Shown here piece after piece: positions 27,674 through 40,300 of a DNA stretch of 64,000 nucleotides. The translations under genes were made by a program, and so were the position numbers. The first letter of the stretch is position 1. Each line of letters opens with the position of its first letter. This stretch comes from a virus (taxonomy: Duplodnaviria; Caudoviricetes): IMG/VR virus record IMGVR_UViG_3300020045_004648, positions 20,369 through 84,368 of that record; one strand, 5' to 3'. The notes under the pieces are model-generated. The model worked only from the letters and a program-made list of their open reading frames with translations, was not told the origin of the DNA and searched no databases.

Positions 27674-27958
27674 ATGACTACACTAAGCGATGACCTGCCA
27701 AGTCTTTATGACATGACAGGCAAGATTACAGATCACAATACACTGCTGATCAATCGGAATACTCTGAGAAAATTGGAGGTTGAGGCTGTGATGTATCAGT
27801 TCCTCCGTAGGCATGTGGTTTTTGGCTATCCAAGTAGTGAAGGAAGTTCTAGTAAAGATGTATATCTTGTAGTTACCGGATATGGTGATTATGAAAGTGA
27901 TGTTTTGACTGACAAAGCCATTGACGTAAAAATGAAAGGCCAATCATGCAAGCAGTAA
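27674..27958 (+). CDS. Hypothetical protein
   Basis: AAGGAG SD before ATG 27674. Confidence 0.6.
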   Translation: MTTLSDDLPSLYDMTGKITDHNTLLINRNTLRKLEVEAVMYQFLRRHVVFGYPSSEGSSSKDVYLVVTGYGDYESDVLTDKAIDVKMKGQSCKQ

Positions 27959-28046
27959 TCACTTACACCATTATCTATCTCGTACTCTGCCCTATACTCG
28001 CTGTACTTGTGGGTAAGTGCATCAACTTTGGAATGGGGGATAAATA

Positions 28047-28241
28047 ATGATCCAAGCCATCTTAGCAATCTTGACAGTAGCATCCGCTTTAGGGGCAGAA
28101 ACACCTACGCTTGTCAAACCCTTCACATCAGTCGAATCTTGTTTGATTGAAGCACAGAAACAAAACAATCAAAACAGCGAAGAGTTACAAAAACAAGGTG
28201 CTGGGTTTGTTTGTTTAGTGCTTACTGCCCCTATGATTTGA
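28047..28241 (+). CDS. Small secreted/periplasmic protein
   Basis: Signal-peptide-like N-terminus (ASALGA); two Cys. Confidence 0.55.
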   Translation: MIQAILAILTVASALGAETPTLVKPFTSVESCLIEAQKQNNQNSEELQKQGAGFVCLVLTAPMI

Positions 28242-28250
28242 AAGGTAAAT

Positions 28251-28511
28251 ATGAAACAGAGTAAACCTAAAGTACAAGTTTATTTAAAGAAGCACGAGTA
28301 CATTATTGCAGTCACCCCTGAGTATTGCCATGGGCCAGGGTGGGGTAATTCTTTGTTAAAAGTACATATTGCAGACACTAACCTTTCAACTTATAGAGTA
28401 GAGTACATTCAGCCAGAGGATCAAAACAGAGATCAAGCAGTACTGTTCCATGCTGGTGAAGCAATGCAAAGAGCGTTGGTTGAGTCTTTAATAATTAAAC
28501 AGGAGAAGTGA
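28251..28511 (+). CDS. Hypothetical protein
   Basis: AAGG SD. Confidence 0.6.
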   Translation: MKQSKPKVQVYLKKHEYIIAVTPEYCHGPGWGNSLLKVHIADTNLSTYRVEYIQPEDQNRDQAVLFHAGEAMQRALVESLIIKQEK

Positions 28512-28647
28512 TGATCAATCTAACAAAACAAGAGATTGAATATTGTACACTACAGGCTCATGTCAAGATGTATCAAGAGTACATGATGTTATTGCAGGAT
28601 GGTATGGGAAGATGTTTATTGATGTTAAAACTAATATAGGGGGATAG

Positions 28648-28998
28648 ATGAAAGATTTAGTTAGAGTTCAGGACTACCAAGAGTACCTTCAAACACGATT
28701 GAAACACTGGGAGATTAAAAACGCCGAAGTGAAGTCACAATACACAAAATGTAAGGTTGTGTATGAAGATAAATTTCTGCCTAAATTACTAAGATGGAAG
28801 TTTGAAGATTCTTATGGTGGTGATACATCTTGGATTGGGTGTTGGGATTTCTTTGATGCTCAAGTAAATAATTGCAAAGCTGAAATTAGTCGGTGTGTAT
28901 ACCAAGGAAAAATTGGGCATACGTTCATCATCATTGGAGATAACTTTCTTCCTAGTGGATTTTATAAATGGTGTTCAGAGAATGGTATTCCATATTAA
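28648..28998 (+). CDS. Hypothetical protein
   Basis: GGGGGA SD. Confidence 0.6.
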   Translation: MKDLVRVQDYQEYLQTRLKHWEIKNAEVKSQYTKCKVVYEDKFLPKLLRWKFEDSYGGDTSWIGCWDFFDAQVNNCKAEISRCVYQGKIGHTFIIIGDNFLPSGFYKWCSENGIPY

Positions 28999-29021
28999 CA
29001 AAGTAAATTTTAGACAAAAGA

Positions 29022-29063
29022 AAACCCTACTATAGAGGCCGTAAAGCTTCCGTAGTAGGGTTT
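29022..29063. terminator. Bidirectional terminator between convergent early and late units
   Basis: AAACCCTACTA/TAGTAGGGTTT inverted repeat with A- and T-rich flanks. Confidence 0.75.
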
Positions 29064-29149
29064 AGTCATTTGGGGCATACTACCCCTTGGTTTTTATTCT
29101 AAGGCTCTTCTAGACCCGTTTAAATCGATTCTAGAGGCATTGCTTAGGG

Positions 29150-29674
29150 TCATTCAGCCTTGCTCTGGTTATCTCTCTTAAACTGGTCTAAGGTTTCCTT
29201 AGCAGTATCATAGGACTTATAGCAAGTCAGAAGTTCTTCTTTGATCAATTCTGCTCTGGCAGCTTCCCCGATAAAAGCAATTGCATCCTCTCGATAAAGC
29301 TGGGCTCCAGTTGCTCCTTGTTGATCTTCTTGAGTTCCGGGATTGTCGGAAACTCCGCTTGACTCTGCACGAGAGGGACGTGATTGCAAGCTGTTAACGA
29401 GAGAAGCAACACGAGTGTTAAGAGATTGGATTTTAGCATTCTTTTCCTTTTGAATATTATCGAAAGATTCTTGCAGAGCAATCTGAGTGTCCAAGGAACG
29501 TTCTTTTAGCCTGAAGTTTTCTTTTACTTGTTGAGTCTGGATATCTGATACGGCCTCTGTAACCGCTTCATGTACTAAGACTTTGTGGTAAGTGAATAGA
29601 CTAGCAAAAACAACTAACACAATAGCTAACTTAACTTTCCAATCAAGAAAGAATGTTAATACTTCTTTAATCAT
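29150..29674 (-). CDS. i-spanin (Rz-like)
   Basis: N-terminal TM helix, coiled-coil body, directly after the endolysin. Confidence 0.8.
   Translation of the reverse strand: MIKEVLTFFLDWKVKLAIVLVVFASLFTYHKVLVHEAVTEAVSDIQTQQVKENFRLKERSLDTQIALQESFDNIQKEKNAKIQSLNTRVASLVNSLQSRPSRAESSGVSDNPGTQEDQQGATGAQLYREDAIAFIGEAARAELIKEELLTCYKSYDTAKETLDQFKRDNQSKAE
29245..29439 (-). CDS. o-spanin (Rz1-like) embedded out of frame in the i-spanin gene
   Basis: MLKSNLLTLVLLLSLTA-C lipobox, Pro-containing mature part. Confidence 0.75.
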   Translation of the reverse strand: MLKSNLLTLVLLLSLTACNHVPLVQSQAEFPTIPELKKINKEQLEPSFIERMQLLLSGKLPEQN

Positions 29675-30210
29675 CTTACATCCTTTAAGCAGATATTCAT
29701 TTCATCAATTCTCCGATTGTGCAACCCTTTATAGAACTTCCCATCGGAATAGCTCCATGCTGGTGTTTTACCATCGTACTGATATGCCAGTAGTTGACAA
29801 CCAATTCTATAATTCCCTAGGTTCCATTGCTTCATAGCAACAGAACCACAAGTCTTATTTACACCAAAATTCCAAGCATGAGATGTAGCAGCGTCGAAGA
29901 CTGATTGGTAAGGTAATTTAGTAAAACACAAAGCAAGTTTATTCTGAAGATTTCCTAGAGCGTAATCTTCATTTTCATTACATTCTTGCTGTGTCCACTT
30001 GTCACCTTTGATTAGTTTCTTATCGCTCACTGCATTGGTTATACCGCTGCAGACTGTAAGCGTGTTAGAAGCAATCTTATCTTCGTACACATAAAGATGA
30101 GCATCAGGAGAACCCTTAGCAGGCTCCCACTTGTGTAGAATACCTAAAGTTGAAGCACTTGCTAAGATCAAGGAACCAGCAATATGCGGAAAGTATTTTA
30201 GTTTAGACAT
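29671..30210 (-). CDS. Endolysin, GH24 lysozyme, probably SAR type
   Basis: Weakly hydrophobic N-terminal segment, then E...D...T pattern (WE...YED...LTVCSGIT); SHAWNFG. Confidence 0.82.
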   Translation of the reverse strand: MSKLKYFPHIAGSLILASASTLGILHKWEPAKGSPDAHLYVYEDKIASNTLTVCSGITNAVSDKKLIKGDKWTQQECNENEDYALGNLQNKLALCFTKLPYQSVFDAATSHAWNFGVNKTCGSVAMKQWNLGNYRIGCQLLAYQYDGKTPAWSYSDGKFYKGLHNRRIDEMNICLKDVR

Positions 30211-30238
30211 ATACTGATTCCTTTTCTTTCTTTCTCTG

Positions 30239-30601
30239 TTACATCAACCCCAAGAACTTAGCTGCAAACATCCCAACTAAGGCTACGATACCTGTTACAG
30301 CACTGATAACCCAGTTACGAATCTGCCTGTTCATCGGAACATCTCTCTCGAGATCATCTAGGCGCTTTTCTAGTTCATCACATCGGGACACTTGCTTGTC
30401 TTGTAGTTCGACTAATCGTATATGAGCCTGCATCATGTGAACTTGCCCCTCTTCAATTTTGACTAACTTGTTTACAGCAGTAGCCATCTCTTTCATGCTT
30501 TCCTTCATTGAGTCTCTAAGGTCACTGATGTGACTATGAAGATTATCAATGCGTTCAGCGATTACTTGAACTGTGCTATCATCTTTTCGTTTATATTCCA
30601 T
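30239..30601 (-). CDS. Putative holin/lysis membrane protein
   Basis: Coiled coil plus a single C-terminal TM helix, just upstream of the endolysin. Confidence 0.55.
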   Translation of the reverse strand: MEYKRKDDSTVQVIAERIDNLHSHISDLRDSMKESMKEMATAVNKLVKIEEGQVHMMQAHIRLVELQDKQVSRCDELEKRLDDLERDVPMNRQIRNWVISAVTGIVALVGMFAAKFLGLM

Positions 30602-30630
30602 GATTTTTCTTGTGTACTATTTAAACAAAA

Positions 30631-33237
30631 TTAGATTGATGCAAGCATCAGGGCGTATAACTCATCGTACCGCACACCAAGGCGTTCAACAGCTTCTTGT
30701 GTAATGTTACCTTGCTCATCCCGTACTTCTGGTAGAGTATCAAGACAAAGAACGCCGTACTTAAAACCATCCAATCCCTCAGCGTCAAACAGTGCTTTAA
30801 CCTCTTGGGCAATAACACCAAAATGCAGCCGGGCATTGTCTCCCTTTTCGGCTACAGCAGACTTGTACTTGAATCTTCGTATCCTGATTGCACGTCCGAT
30901 GCGCAATTCGGCTTCTGATAGGTATTCACTATCCTGTTTTTCGCGTCCATCGGATGTGATGATGGTGCTGCTTGCGGCTCTAACGACACTCCATCGATTG
31001 AATTCACCCCCGAGAGACATCTGATTATCTACTGATGGTTGAAATACACTCAACACGCCCGCTGCCAGAAAGTCCACAAGTAACCCAGACAGAGGTGCAG
31101 GTGTGAGTTCACCAGTAGACAAATAAGCGGCGACAGGGATTGCATTGTGATAGCCAATACTCATTTTAACAGGGGCACCACCAGTACCTTTATTCACCAC
31201 TAAGGAGTACTGAACTGTACCACTCCCCGAATCAATCGCACCAGCACCTGCCCCAAACACTGCCAGTACTTTATTAGTGATTGCAGCACCATAACCTGCG
31301 TTGTAAAGACTACGCACGGGTGTGTCATTTGGCAGCGTCAACCCGTAACCGACTACAGAGCCCGCGTTGTACATGGCGGGCTTTTCACTAAGTGAAGAAT
31401 ATCCTGAGTATAGGTTAGTGTCTGCGATTGTGAGGTGTCCATTGGGACCTGTTATCCCAATCGCACCGCGAACTATTGATCCGGCGTTAGTCTCAATCAG
31501 GGTTTCGCCAGTCATATCAATGTCTGCCCAAAATTGGTCCACATAGGAAGCAATTCCAGAAGATACCGTAATCAATCCATTAGTACTGCCATACACTTCA
31601 TTGTTAATCAATCGGAAGTTTTGGGAGTACGCACTAAGCCAGAAACATGCCCCTTGGTGATTTTCGATGACTGTGTTATCCATTACCCCCTTGTACACCC
31701 AGCATGTAATCTGGTTAATACTAGTGTTGATTGACTGGACAAGTGCTCTAGCACCAGTTCCATCTTGTGTAATAGGTGTCCACTGCATAAAAGCGGAAGC
31801 ATCAGGCACATTGAACGTAGCAATACTACCCACAAGCAGATGTGATGATGGTGTCTGTGCAATAATCTGCCCGCATGTGTCTACCCAGTTTGTCTCAATG
31901 AGGAACGTATCATTGAAATTCCATGTTTCTGTAGGACTTGTTGGGACCGTCTTAGTACCAAATAAGCAGATGCCCATGTGGTTGTCTTTGACCGTCTGGA
32001 TAGACCCCGCTGGATGAACGCAGATATTAAACCCACGGATATCATTATTGTGTATAGAACCAGGATAGTATCCGCCGAACTGTGCCCCAACACCAATTGC
32101 GGTGTTCGTAGAATTCGCAGTCCACGTACCATCTATCCCAAGCCCATACAGTTCAGCACCAATACACCCATAGATATCATTACCATAGTCACCCACGTAC
32201 ACGATAGGATCAGTTGGATCACCACCAATAAATACACCACTTGTTCCTGTATAGCCAAGTCGTGTACCCGCAGCACCATCACCATAGAACTTCTGAAGCA
32301 CTCGCATGTGCAACCCACTATTGCACTTATAAGAGCCTGTAGGTGCATACACAAACAAACTAGCGTACAAAGCAGCTTGGATAAACAAGGTATTGTTTGT
32401 ACCACTACCTGTACCTATAACATAATCAGGTACAGCCCCAAACCACTGAATGCTAACTGCACCTTCATAGACACGCTTCCAACGGCGGCCAGATGCGTCA
32501 ACAATGAGGGTGCCTCCGTTGTCAACAGTCATTGACATTGAAGCAACCGTAGCCGATGCTGATAAGGTATAAGTACCAGTACCACCTGTGCCAGTTCCCA
32601 ACGCTGTAATCCAACCAATAAAAGCTCCAGTATCTGGGCGACTAACAGCCTGCCCTAATGAAAGAGTACCGTTCGTGATGACTGAAACAGTTAGTGTTGT
32701 TCCGCTTTGTGCTGCCGTGATAACCGCACCACTGGTAGTATCTGAATCATCGCGTAAAAAGAATCCTGCGACGCGTTTCTGTGTAACTCTGATTCCACTA
32801 GCCCGACCTGTGTATGCACGCATTGCTGTATAGCTTTGCATGGGCTTTGCATGATCGAGCACGTCTTGAACAGTACCATCATCAAACCCAATCAGGTCTG
32901 ATCCACCTGATGCACTCAATTCCTCGCGTGTTGCCCCTTGGTGAATCGTAACTTTTCCATCCGCAAGGTCAGCAGCTACCGTTGTTGATGTATGTGCTGT
33001 GACTGTGACATATGCATAGTCTAAATACGTGTAAACATCTTTGATTGCGTATGCCGTAGCACCAGCAAAAGCCCCTCTGGGATTGAAAGCCTTGAGGCTA
33101 TCAACTGCACCCTGTACGGTTGACTTGACATGACCGAGCCTATCTGTAGCTGTTGGAAGCTGGCTAGTTGCAACATCTGCAACGTGATCTACGTCAATCT
33201 TAGCATTATTGAGGTCACTAATAGTTATAGCTGTCAT
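30631..33237 (-). CDS. Tail spike/fibre with beta-helix and C-terminal intramolecular chaperone (peptidase S74)
   Basis: VSIQWFGA pectate-lyase-like start; TSDGREK...HFGVIAQEV...GVRYDEL. Confidence 0.85.
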   Translation of the reverse strand: MTAITISDLNNAKIDVDHVADVATSQLPTATDRLGHVKSTVQGAVDSLKAFNPRGAFAGATAYAIKDVYTYLDYAYVTVTAHTSTTVAADLADGKVTIHQGATREELSASGGSDLIGFDDGTVQDVLDHAKPMQSYTAMRAYTGRASGIRVTQKRVAGFFLRDDSDTTSGAVITAAQSGTTLTVSVITNGTLSLGQAVSRPDTGAFIGWITALGTGTGGTGTYTLSASATVASMSMTVDNGGTLIVDASGRRWKRVYEGAVSIQWFGAVPDYVIGTGSGTNNTLFIQAALYASLFVYAPTGSYKCNSGLHMRVLQKFYGDGAAGTRLGYTGTSGVFIGGDPTDPIVYVGDYGNDIYGCIGAELYGLGIDGTWTANSTNTAIGVGAQFGGYYPGSIHNNDIRGFNICVHPAGSIQTVKDNHMGICLFGTKTVPTSPTETWNFNDTFLIETNWVDTCGQIIAQTPSSHLLVGSIATFNVPDASAFMQWTPITQDGTGARALVQSINTSINQITCWVYKGVMDNTVIENHQGACFWLSAYSQNFRLINNEVYGSTNGLITVSSGIASYVDQFWADIDMTGETLIETNAGSIVRGAIGITGPNGHLTIADTNLYSGYSSLSEKPAMYNAGSVVGYGLTLPNDTPVRSLYNAGYGAAITNKVLAVFGAGAGAIDSGSGTVQYSLVVNKGTGGAPVKMSIGYHNAIPVAAYLSTGELTPAPLSGLLVDFLAAGVLSVFQPSVDNQMSLGGEFNRWSVVRAASSTIITSDGREKQDSEYLSEAELRIGRAIRIRRFKYKSAVAEKGDNARLHFGVIAQEVKALFDAEGLDGFKYGVLCLDTLPEVRDEQGNITQEAVERLGVRYDELYALMLASI

Positions 33238-33253
33238 TTTATTTTTACTTTCT

Positions 33254-36031
33254 TTAGTTTATAATAGAATCTCTGGAGGGCACTGGAGTAGTGTCTCCGA
33301 TATAATAAGTACTACTATAATTAATAGCACGTAGAGTAACGTATTGAGGATCAGTAATATCAACCTCTTGCACAAGATAAGCCATAGCACCTCGTGCAAT
33401 ATCTGCTGCAAAGCTAAAGATAGTACGGATACCAGATTGCCCGTATTGAGTAACAATACTCTCTGTAGGAAGGCTGGTTAGTATCACCTTATTAGTGGCA
33501 CTTCCTGCTGTACAAGTAATACTCTGCAAGCTACCATCTCTTCGCATTAGCATAATGCTGTGGCTAGTGCTAGGAGTAAACTCCACGTTTCGGCTTAATG
33601 TAAGTTCTAAACCACTTTGATTCAGTACTTCACCATCAAAGCTTTTGAATCGAGTGTTATCTACAATATCAATACGGCTGTTAGGTAGTAAACTACGAGC
33701 ATCAAGAGTAGTAGTAGTTTCAATACTAATACGTTGCCCTCGTAACTTAGCGTATTCTCGGCTAGCTCTGTACCAAGCTTGTGTGAAATTACGTATACCT
33801 GCAATCTCAAACTTCTTATACTTAGTAGCACTACCATCCACGGGAAGACTAATTGTTTCGCTAGTTTCACTATCTGGGTCTACGTATACAAACTCTACAC
33901 CGTCATAGTCAGCGTCGTTAGCAAACGTCCGAGTTATAGTTTCACTCTTTGGTTTTTTATTACGATGAGTAAATAAAGCAGTAGAGGAAGTTTGTAACTT
34001 ATCAAACGCTAAACGTACCTTACCATTTTGCCTGTAGGCAATGCAAAAACCTGCATTAGCAATCAGTACTAAAGCCTCTTCAAAACTTGTGTTGTCAGAA
34101 TCAAATGTATAATTGAACTGACCACACACTGGATTCCATGCATCTAGTTGCTGCTGAACACTCCATATTTGTGACATATCAATAGTTGTAGCAAGATTGC
34201 AATTCCCGATCTTTGGGTCTGCACTAACAGCACCAATGATGTCACATAGTTTGCTAGTAGCAGAGATAGTCCCTGAGATATGCAACCCATTCGCATCAAA
34301 GGCAGCACTTGCTGCACTGCCGTTGTATGTTGGAAGTAAGCGACTTGCAATACAATTAAGCTGGCGTGTCTTGACTGCTGTTGCACGGGTTGTGGCTTGA
34401 GTGACAGTATGTACTGTAGTTTTATTCCCGAAATGCATTTTGCTCACAGGAGTTATACTGTACAAATCAGACCATTTTATTTCATCCATTACAGTACCAC
34501 CCCATGCGTAGTCATAAGGAGTCGCCCTGCGCATTCTCACCCTTGCTGGGCCTGTCCATGCTGTAGTATGTTCAACGGTATCTGCACGTTCATCAGTTAC
34601 AGAGCCGGATAATGAACTTGTGACTGTTTCTACTACACCTATTGGTATGAAGGTAGTGGCATTTAGCTTCTCAATTTCAATGTCAAACTCTACAGTAGCC
34701 GTTGATTTTCCACCGTTGTCTTTATACATACCACTAGGTGCTGTAATATTGCACCACACTTGAGTACGATCTTTAGCTGGTAAAGTAACCCAGTCCGTCC
34801 ACTCGGCTACATCGGCCACTTGGACACTGCAAATCTTATCAAAAGAACGCGGCCATGTCGTACCCAGTAGAGTTACATTAGCGTCATCAATTATGTCTAT
34901 CTCATACGTTCCACTATAGTTTTGCGGAGGGATAGTAACTGTAACCGAAGGTGCTGTTTCATCAATCTGTAAACCTGTACTTACTGTAATCTCTCCAGAC
35001 ACCCACACTGAAAATGCAACAGACCCCGGAGTAAATGCTGTGACTGTAAATGTTCCATTATTACCAGGATTCACAAATCCTGAAATTGTCACACTATCTC
35101 CTACTTGGATACCGACAAAAGGGTTAGCTTCAGTATCTGAGTAAACTTTCGTCAGTGCCACTACTGAGACTTCACCAGTACTGGTAGGCTGATAATCCGT
35201 CATTGTAATTATCAGTTCATCACCAACACTAGCAATTGAGTTTAGGTTCGGTTGTCGAACTTCTTGTGTAATAGTTCCACTTACATCAAAATTATAAGTT
35301 GCGCTTGTTGGTAGTTGTATCTGATTGAGAGCCTTGAGTGTAATCCCATCGACTTCTACGGCCCTTGCTACTGTCAGCACATCATCAGTAATAGTATCAC
35401 CAACTTGTAGTATAGGTGTACCACTGTTAGGACTAGTGAATGGATGGTAAACAGCAGCACTAGCTCCTGTAATATCACTAATCAATGTATCACCATCCTG
35501 AAGGTCATCTACGTTGCAGTATCCACGGCTAATGCAATAATACCCATATTCGTACTTCTTGTGGCTGATATACTTGTTATACGTTGGCATCATTAGACTA
35601 GGGATACTTTTTACTGTACCGTAAATGTCCTCTACTCGCTCAAGCATTCGTACTTTGTTCTCCCGAGATGCTAGTGCATTATTGGGACTACTTTGAGTGC
35701 GATTAAACAGTGCACCGGGCATCTCTGGCTTAGGAATGAGGAGTATAGCTGCTGTAGCCGCGATGGCTACCCATACATACCATGCCCAACTTGCAGGATC
35801 AAAACCTCCAGGGCTTTGCAGCACCGTGTAAAACTCTGCATCACCTGCAATCAATGCACTGATGTTTTCAGTGATTTCACTCTCAGTACTTGGTTCACCA
35901 ATAAACACTTGTACTTTTACTGCAGGTGTTTCCCCATAGTAATCTAACAACCACTGCGCAAGGCTAGGGGCTTCAATTTCTTGCGGTGCTGTAACAACAA
36001 AGGGGTTCTCAAATAGTATAATTCTCGTCAT
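33254..36031 (-). CDS. Tail tip/central fibre (host-specificity J-like) protein
   Basis: 925 aa; [24 protein letters not shown]; follows NlpC/P60. Confidence 0.8.
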   Translation of the reverse strand: MTRIILFENPFVVTAPQEIEAPSLAQWLLDYYGETPAVKVQVFIGEPSTESEITENISALIAGDAEFYTVLQSPGGFDPASWAWYVWVAIAATAAILLIPKPEMPGALFNRTQSSPNNALASRENKVRMLERVEDIYGTVKSIPSLMMPTYNKYISHKKYEYGYYCISRGYCNVDDLQDGDTLISDITGASAAVYHPFTSPNSGTPILQVGDTITDDVLTVARAVEVDGITLKALNQIQLPTSATYNFDVSGTITQEVRQPNLNSIASVGDELIITMTDYQPTSTGEVSVVALTKVYSDTEANPFVGIQVGDSVTISGFVNPGNNGTFTVTAFTPGSVAFSVWVSGEITVSTGLQIDETAPSVTVTIPPQNYSGTYEIDIIDDANVTLLGTTWPRSFDKICSVQVADVAEWTDWVTLPAKDRTQVWCNITAPSGMYKDNGGKSTATVEFDIEIEKLNATTFIPIGVVETVTSSLSGSVTDERADTVEHTTAWTGPARVRMRRATPYDYAWGGTVMDEIKWSDLYSITPVSKMHFGNKTTVHTVTQATTRATAVKTRQLNCIASRLLPTYNGSAASAAFDANGLHISGTISATSKLCDIIGAVSADPKIGNCNLATTIDMSQIWSVQQQLDAWNPVCGQFNYTFDSDNTSFEEALVLIANAGFCIAYRQNGKVRLAFDKLQTSSTALFTHRNKKPKSETITRTFANDADYDGVEFVYVDPDSETSETISLPVDGSATKYKKFEIAGIRNFTQAWYRASREYAKLRGQRISIETTTTLDARSLLPNSRIDIVDNTRFKSFDGEVLNQSGLELTLSRNVEFTPSTSHSIMLMRRDGSLQSITCTAGSATNKVILTSLPTESIVTQYGQSGIRTIFSFAADIARGAMAYLVQEVDITDPQYVTLRAINYSSTYYIGDTTPVPSRDSIIN

Positions 36032-36399
36032 AGTTTAGCCCAAAATTGCACAACTTCAAATGTATCATTGACTACACTTAAAGGTTCAAACATAGTAATT
36101 CCTGGCATAGCGTGCAGTACTGAACCATCGTAGTAGATGCCACAATGATGAATACCTACACGGGCGTGTTTAGCTAACAACACAATACACAAGTCAATAG
36201 GTTCAATGACTTGTACGAAACCATGATTACTTTTATGTATTGCAAGACGAAAGGCAGAGGCCATTTCACGTACTGACCTGTTAACAGTCTTGTAGTCAAT
36301 CGGCAATGCCGAAAGTTCTGTGTTATATACGTCTGCCACCAATTCCCAGCACGGTTGAGGTCCGTAGGTCTTGGCTAGATAGTTATTGATATCAATCAT
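36028..36399 (-). CDS. NlpC/P60-like tail tip protein
   Basis: CWELV...HHCGIY...VLHA. Confidence 0.8.
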   Translation of the reverse strand: MIDINNYLAKTYGPQPCWELVADVYNTELSALPIDYKTVNRSVREMASAFRLAIHKSNHGFVQVIEPIDLCIVLLAKHARVGIHHCGIYYDGSVLHAMPGITMFEPLSVVNDTFEVVQFWAKL

Positions 36400-36890
36400 A
36401 GAAAACCTCTTAACATAGGGATATCACGCGGGGTATAGAGTTCACCTGTGCGTGTAACGTTGAAGCGTGGGGCTACTGCACTGATATTGGCAGCACCCTT
36501 AATGAAACTTACTGACTCAACTTGTAGGGTAGCCGTAGCTTCTGCTGCCGTTAAGTCATCGCTTAAAAACTCCCGGTAAATAATGATGATCTTTTCAGTA
36601 GTATTAATCGGGATGCTATCCATTTCTGTACGGAACTCATCTTCAATATCTACTGTACCTAGACTGATTTCATATTTCTGATCTAAGTTCCCCGTTGACC
36701 CTGCTAGTTTGATTTCAATATTACAAGGCTGCATAGTGTTTCCACCGGCCACTCCCACGTAAGGCTCACGCCATAAATGCCACACTTGGCTCATAGCACT
36801 ATGACTGATTTGTAGCGTAGCAATAGAATGTATAGTTTGTGGAGCACTTGCCAAGAAAGTACGCAAGCGTGTTTCTAAATCAAGACTCAT
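36396..36890 (-). CDS. Tail tip protein (DUF1833/gpL-like)
   Basis: Synteny; TLQISHSAM...TGELYTPRDIPML. Confidence 0.7.
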   Translation of the reverse strand: MSLDLETRLRTFLASAPQTIHSIATLQISHSAMSQVWHLWREPYVGVAGGNTMQPCNIEIKLAGSTGNLDQKYEISLGTVDIEDEFRTEMDSIPINTTEKIIIIYREFLSDDLTAAEATATLQVESVSFIKGAANISAVAPRFNVTRTGELYTPRDIPMLRGFL

Positions 36891-37375
36891 GGTAAATCCA
36901 GAACTAAAGTATCTACATTAGCAAACTGAGCAAGTCTAGCAAGCAGTGCATTAGTATCTTCACCGTACTCATCATATAGGTCAACTAGACTTTGGCCGTC
37001 AGTTTCAGTCATATCATAAACCTGATTTTCTGCTTCTACAATAAAAGAAACAATACTTGTGTTTACATTAGCACGAGTTACAGAATATGAACCAGGAATA
37101 ATAGTACTAGTATGCAGGCTCATACCAAAGCCACTATCAAGGGGCATCTCAAAACTGATTGACCCCTTTTTAATGACATGATGATAGAACGCAGTCCATA
37201 CTGAAAACCGCAGTTCACTCATAGCAAAAGTAACACTGAAACGTTGCGGACCACGATCCCACTCCATAGCGTAGCGAGGTGCACCACCTGCAACTTCAGT
37301 ACGCATTACGCCCCCCGGCTCGTCAATATTATAGCTAGAGACGATAGGATATAATCCACTTGGTAATGTAGGCAT
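36887..37375 (-). CDS. Distal tail protein-like
   Basis: Immediately after the tape measure; RTEVAGGAPRY. Confidence 0.7.
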   Translation of the reverse strand: MPTLPSGLYPIVSSYNIDEPGGVMRTEVAGGAPRYAMEWDRGPQRFSVTFAMSELRFSVWTAFYHHVIKKGSISFEMPLDSGFGMSLHTSTIIPGSYSVTRANVNTSIVSFIVEAENQVYDMTETDGQSLVDLYDEYGEDTNALLARLAQFANVDTLVLDLP

Positions 37376-40300
37376 TTATCGACTCCTTTGTATAGAGAAG
37401 TTACGGGACATCTGTTTGGATGTTTTACTGTTTGGATCAGACATTGCAGCGTTAATCCTTGCTTCAGCAGCTTGCGTTGCTTCTTCAATAATCAAAACAC
37501 GCTCACCGTCACTCATGCGTTGTTCGGTTACTTTTCCGATCTTTGCGCTGGTGTTGTTGACGATTGTTATGGTGCTGCTGCCTGTATTACCATTCTTTGC
37601 CATATCACGGATGACATTAGCTTGTGGTTTTGGTAGCACCATTTCTTGTTCATGTAGTTGTGTCATTGGATTAACACCTGCGGGGATGTCGTAACCGCCC
37701 TCTGCACTGGCAACACTAGCCATTGCCATGGCAGACGTTGTAGCTGCGAAGCCTTCTGCGATAGCCGTTGCAGTAGCAGCTGCCCCCGGAGCCATAAGAG
37801 GCCCAATCATTGGTATCGCAGCAGTAGCGGCAAATGCATTTAGCCCAGCCATAGCAACCATAGCCTGAGACTCCATAGCCATGGTAGCAGCATACCCAGT
37901 TTGTGCAGTCTTATCAATCAGCAGTTTTTGAATCTGAATCTTAATAAACGAAGTAATGAACGCATCGGCAACATTCATGGCTACACTTCGCAAGCTATCT
38001 TCTAGACTTTTACCTTGCAGAATAGCTGCTGAAATACTCGATGCTACACCATCAGTCATTCCTTGAAAAGCAGTAGTGAACATATCTGAAGTTGACTTAG
38101 CTATGTTTTGAGCTTCTGAGAAGTAATTAGCCATTGCTTCAGATGCGCCAACTGTCCAATCAGACTCTTGCTTCAATCGTTCTGCGTAGTAAGAGTCATA
38201 CTCAGATAAAGACGCCTCTTTAAACCGTTTAATACGATCTAGTTCATTGTTGTACTTATCTTGTGCATCAGCACCAAATGTTCCATTAATCTCAGCATCA
38301 CTCTTAGTCTTTTCTAGATTACGAAGTTGTAGAGAAAACTGGTCCTCTTTCTGGCTTCGACCGGATAAACGATTACGTTCAGCAGTTCCTAAACCTATTC
38401 CAGATAATTCACGGGTCTGAGCAAGACGTTGAGCATCCAGAGAAGATTGCGCAGCATATTCAGCATCCCTGTATGACTGTGCTAGTTTCTTGTTAGCATC
38501 TCCTTCTTGCAGAGATAGGAGAGTCATCTTGTGTGTAGATTTCTCTTTAGCAAGAGCAAGTTTAGCTGTTGCTTCTGCAATCTTCTTATCGTTATCAATC
38601 TTATCTGTACCTATAAGTACTTCTTTTTTAAGCCTATCTATTTCTTTTTGTAAAGCATCTTCACTGGCTTGATCAGTCAATTCAAGGAACATCTTTTTTG
38701 ATGTGTAGTAGTCTTGCATATCAACAAGACCAGCACTACGCAATGCTTCTAGAACGGATTCACCATCAGAGTAGGCTTTTACTTCAGCTTCTGATGTCTT
38801 TCGGATGTTAGATATATCTTTGTCTAGTTGATGCTTTGCAATATTTCCAGAGTCTAGTTTAGATGAACCTTTTTTCTGATTCTTCTTAAACTCAATACCA
38901 GCTTGCTTTTCTAGTAATGTTATCAGTTCAGTGTTGAGTTTAAGTTTTTCAACATCTACTCCTTTTTCCTTAGCTGCTTCTTTTAACTTATCCTCAACAA
39001 AAGACTTTCTAAAATCTGCAAGGGTTTGAGTTTTACCTGTTTCTTTTTCTATGGCATCCAAAGCACTCTTACGTATTTTAAGAGCAGCGTCTTCATACTT
39101 TGCGCTCTCTGCATTAGCAAGTTTGATCTTATCTTCTTCACCTTGTAATCTAACAGTTGCACTGATTCTGGACTGGAGGATTCTCTCTTGATCTTCAAGT
39201 CCTTTCAGTTCATCACCTCTCCCGAGCGAACCAAATGTTTTTATTTCCTTTATCTTACCTTGGATAATCCCTAATTGATTTTCAAGCTGTCTTGATGGTG
39301 AAGTTGATAGAAACAAAGCCTTAAAAGTATCACTGAAGAATTGTTTAATACCTTGACCAAGTTGAATTATAAACAAAGAAAAACCATTATAGTCTTCCTT
39401 CATTTGAGCTAACTTTTCTCTATTAACATCAGCATAAGTCTTCATAGCTAATGCAGCAGCATCAGAAGTCTTTCCTGCACGCTCAAGTTCCATTACCATC
39501 TTGATGATTTCAGGACTAACCATGCCGCTTGTCTTAGCGATTTCAAGCAAGGCTTCTACAGGTTTTTCTTTTAGCTTTGCAAATTCTTTTACGGTATCAC
39601 CGATTGCAATACCAAAGCCTTTTTGCATCTGAATTGCAGAATCACTTACAAGAAGAATTTCTTTAGATGTGAACGTACCTGCTTTAGCCATAGCTACTAA
39701 GGCTTCCGTGGCTTGCCCTGTGGTTGCACCGGAAGCAGCTAAGGTTTTGACGTAATCAATTACCTGAGCATGAGAGGCACCAATGGAACCACCAGATAAA
39801 GCGAAGGCTTTTGCTAGATCATTATTTTCTGTGATGACTTGTTTTATACCTACAGCAAGGGCAGCTAGACCTGCAATGATTACAAATATACCTGCACCGA
39901 AAGTTGCAGACGCCACTGTACCAAGAGTATTCAAGACTTTAGAGAATTGTGTAGCTCTGCCACCAACAAGAAAAAGTAAGTCATCAGTACTTTGGAGGAC
40001 CTTGTTCATCCCGGTTACATTACCAATGAAGTTTGTTATACCTTTACCGGCGTCGTAGAATAGACCGAAGATCAGTCCAGTTAACCCCTTAGCAACGGTA
40101 GCCATTGCTGGCACCATACTATAAAATGCACGCTTAGTCGCCTCTGCAAATTTATCAGCAGCTACACCAGAGAGTTGAAAAATATCTAATATCTGACCAG
40201 ATTGTTGCAGTAAAACAGTAAGTGGATTTTGCCCTGAGTATAATGAGACTCCAATATCGGTAAATTGTGCAGGCAGTGCCCGTGCTAAATGTTGCTCACT

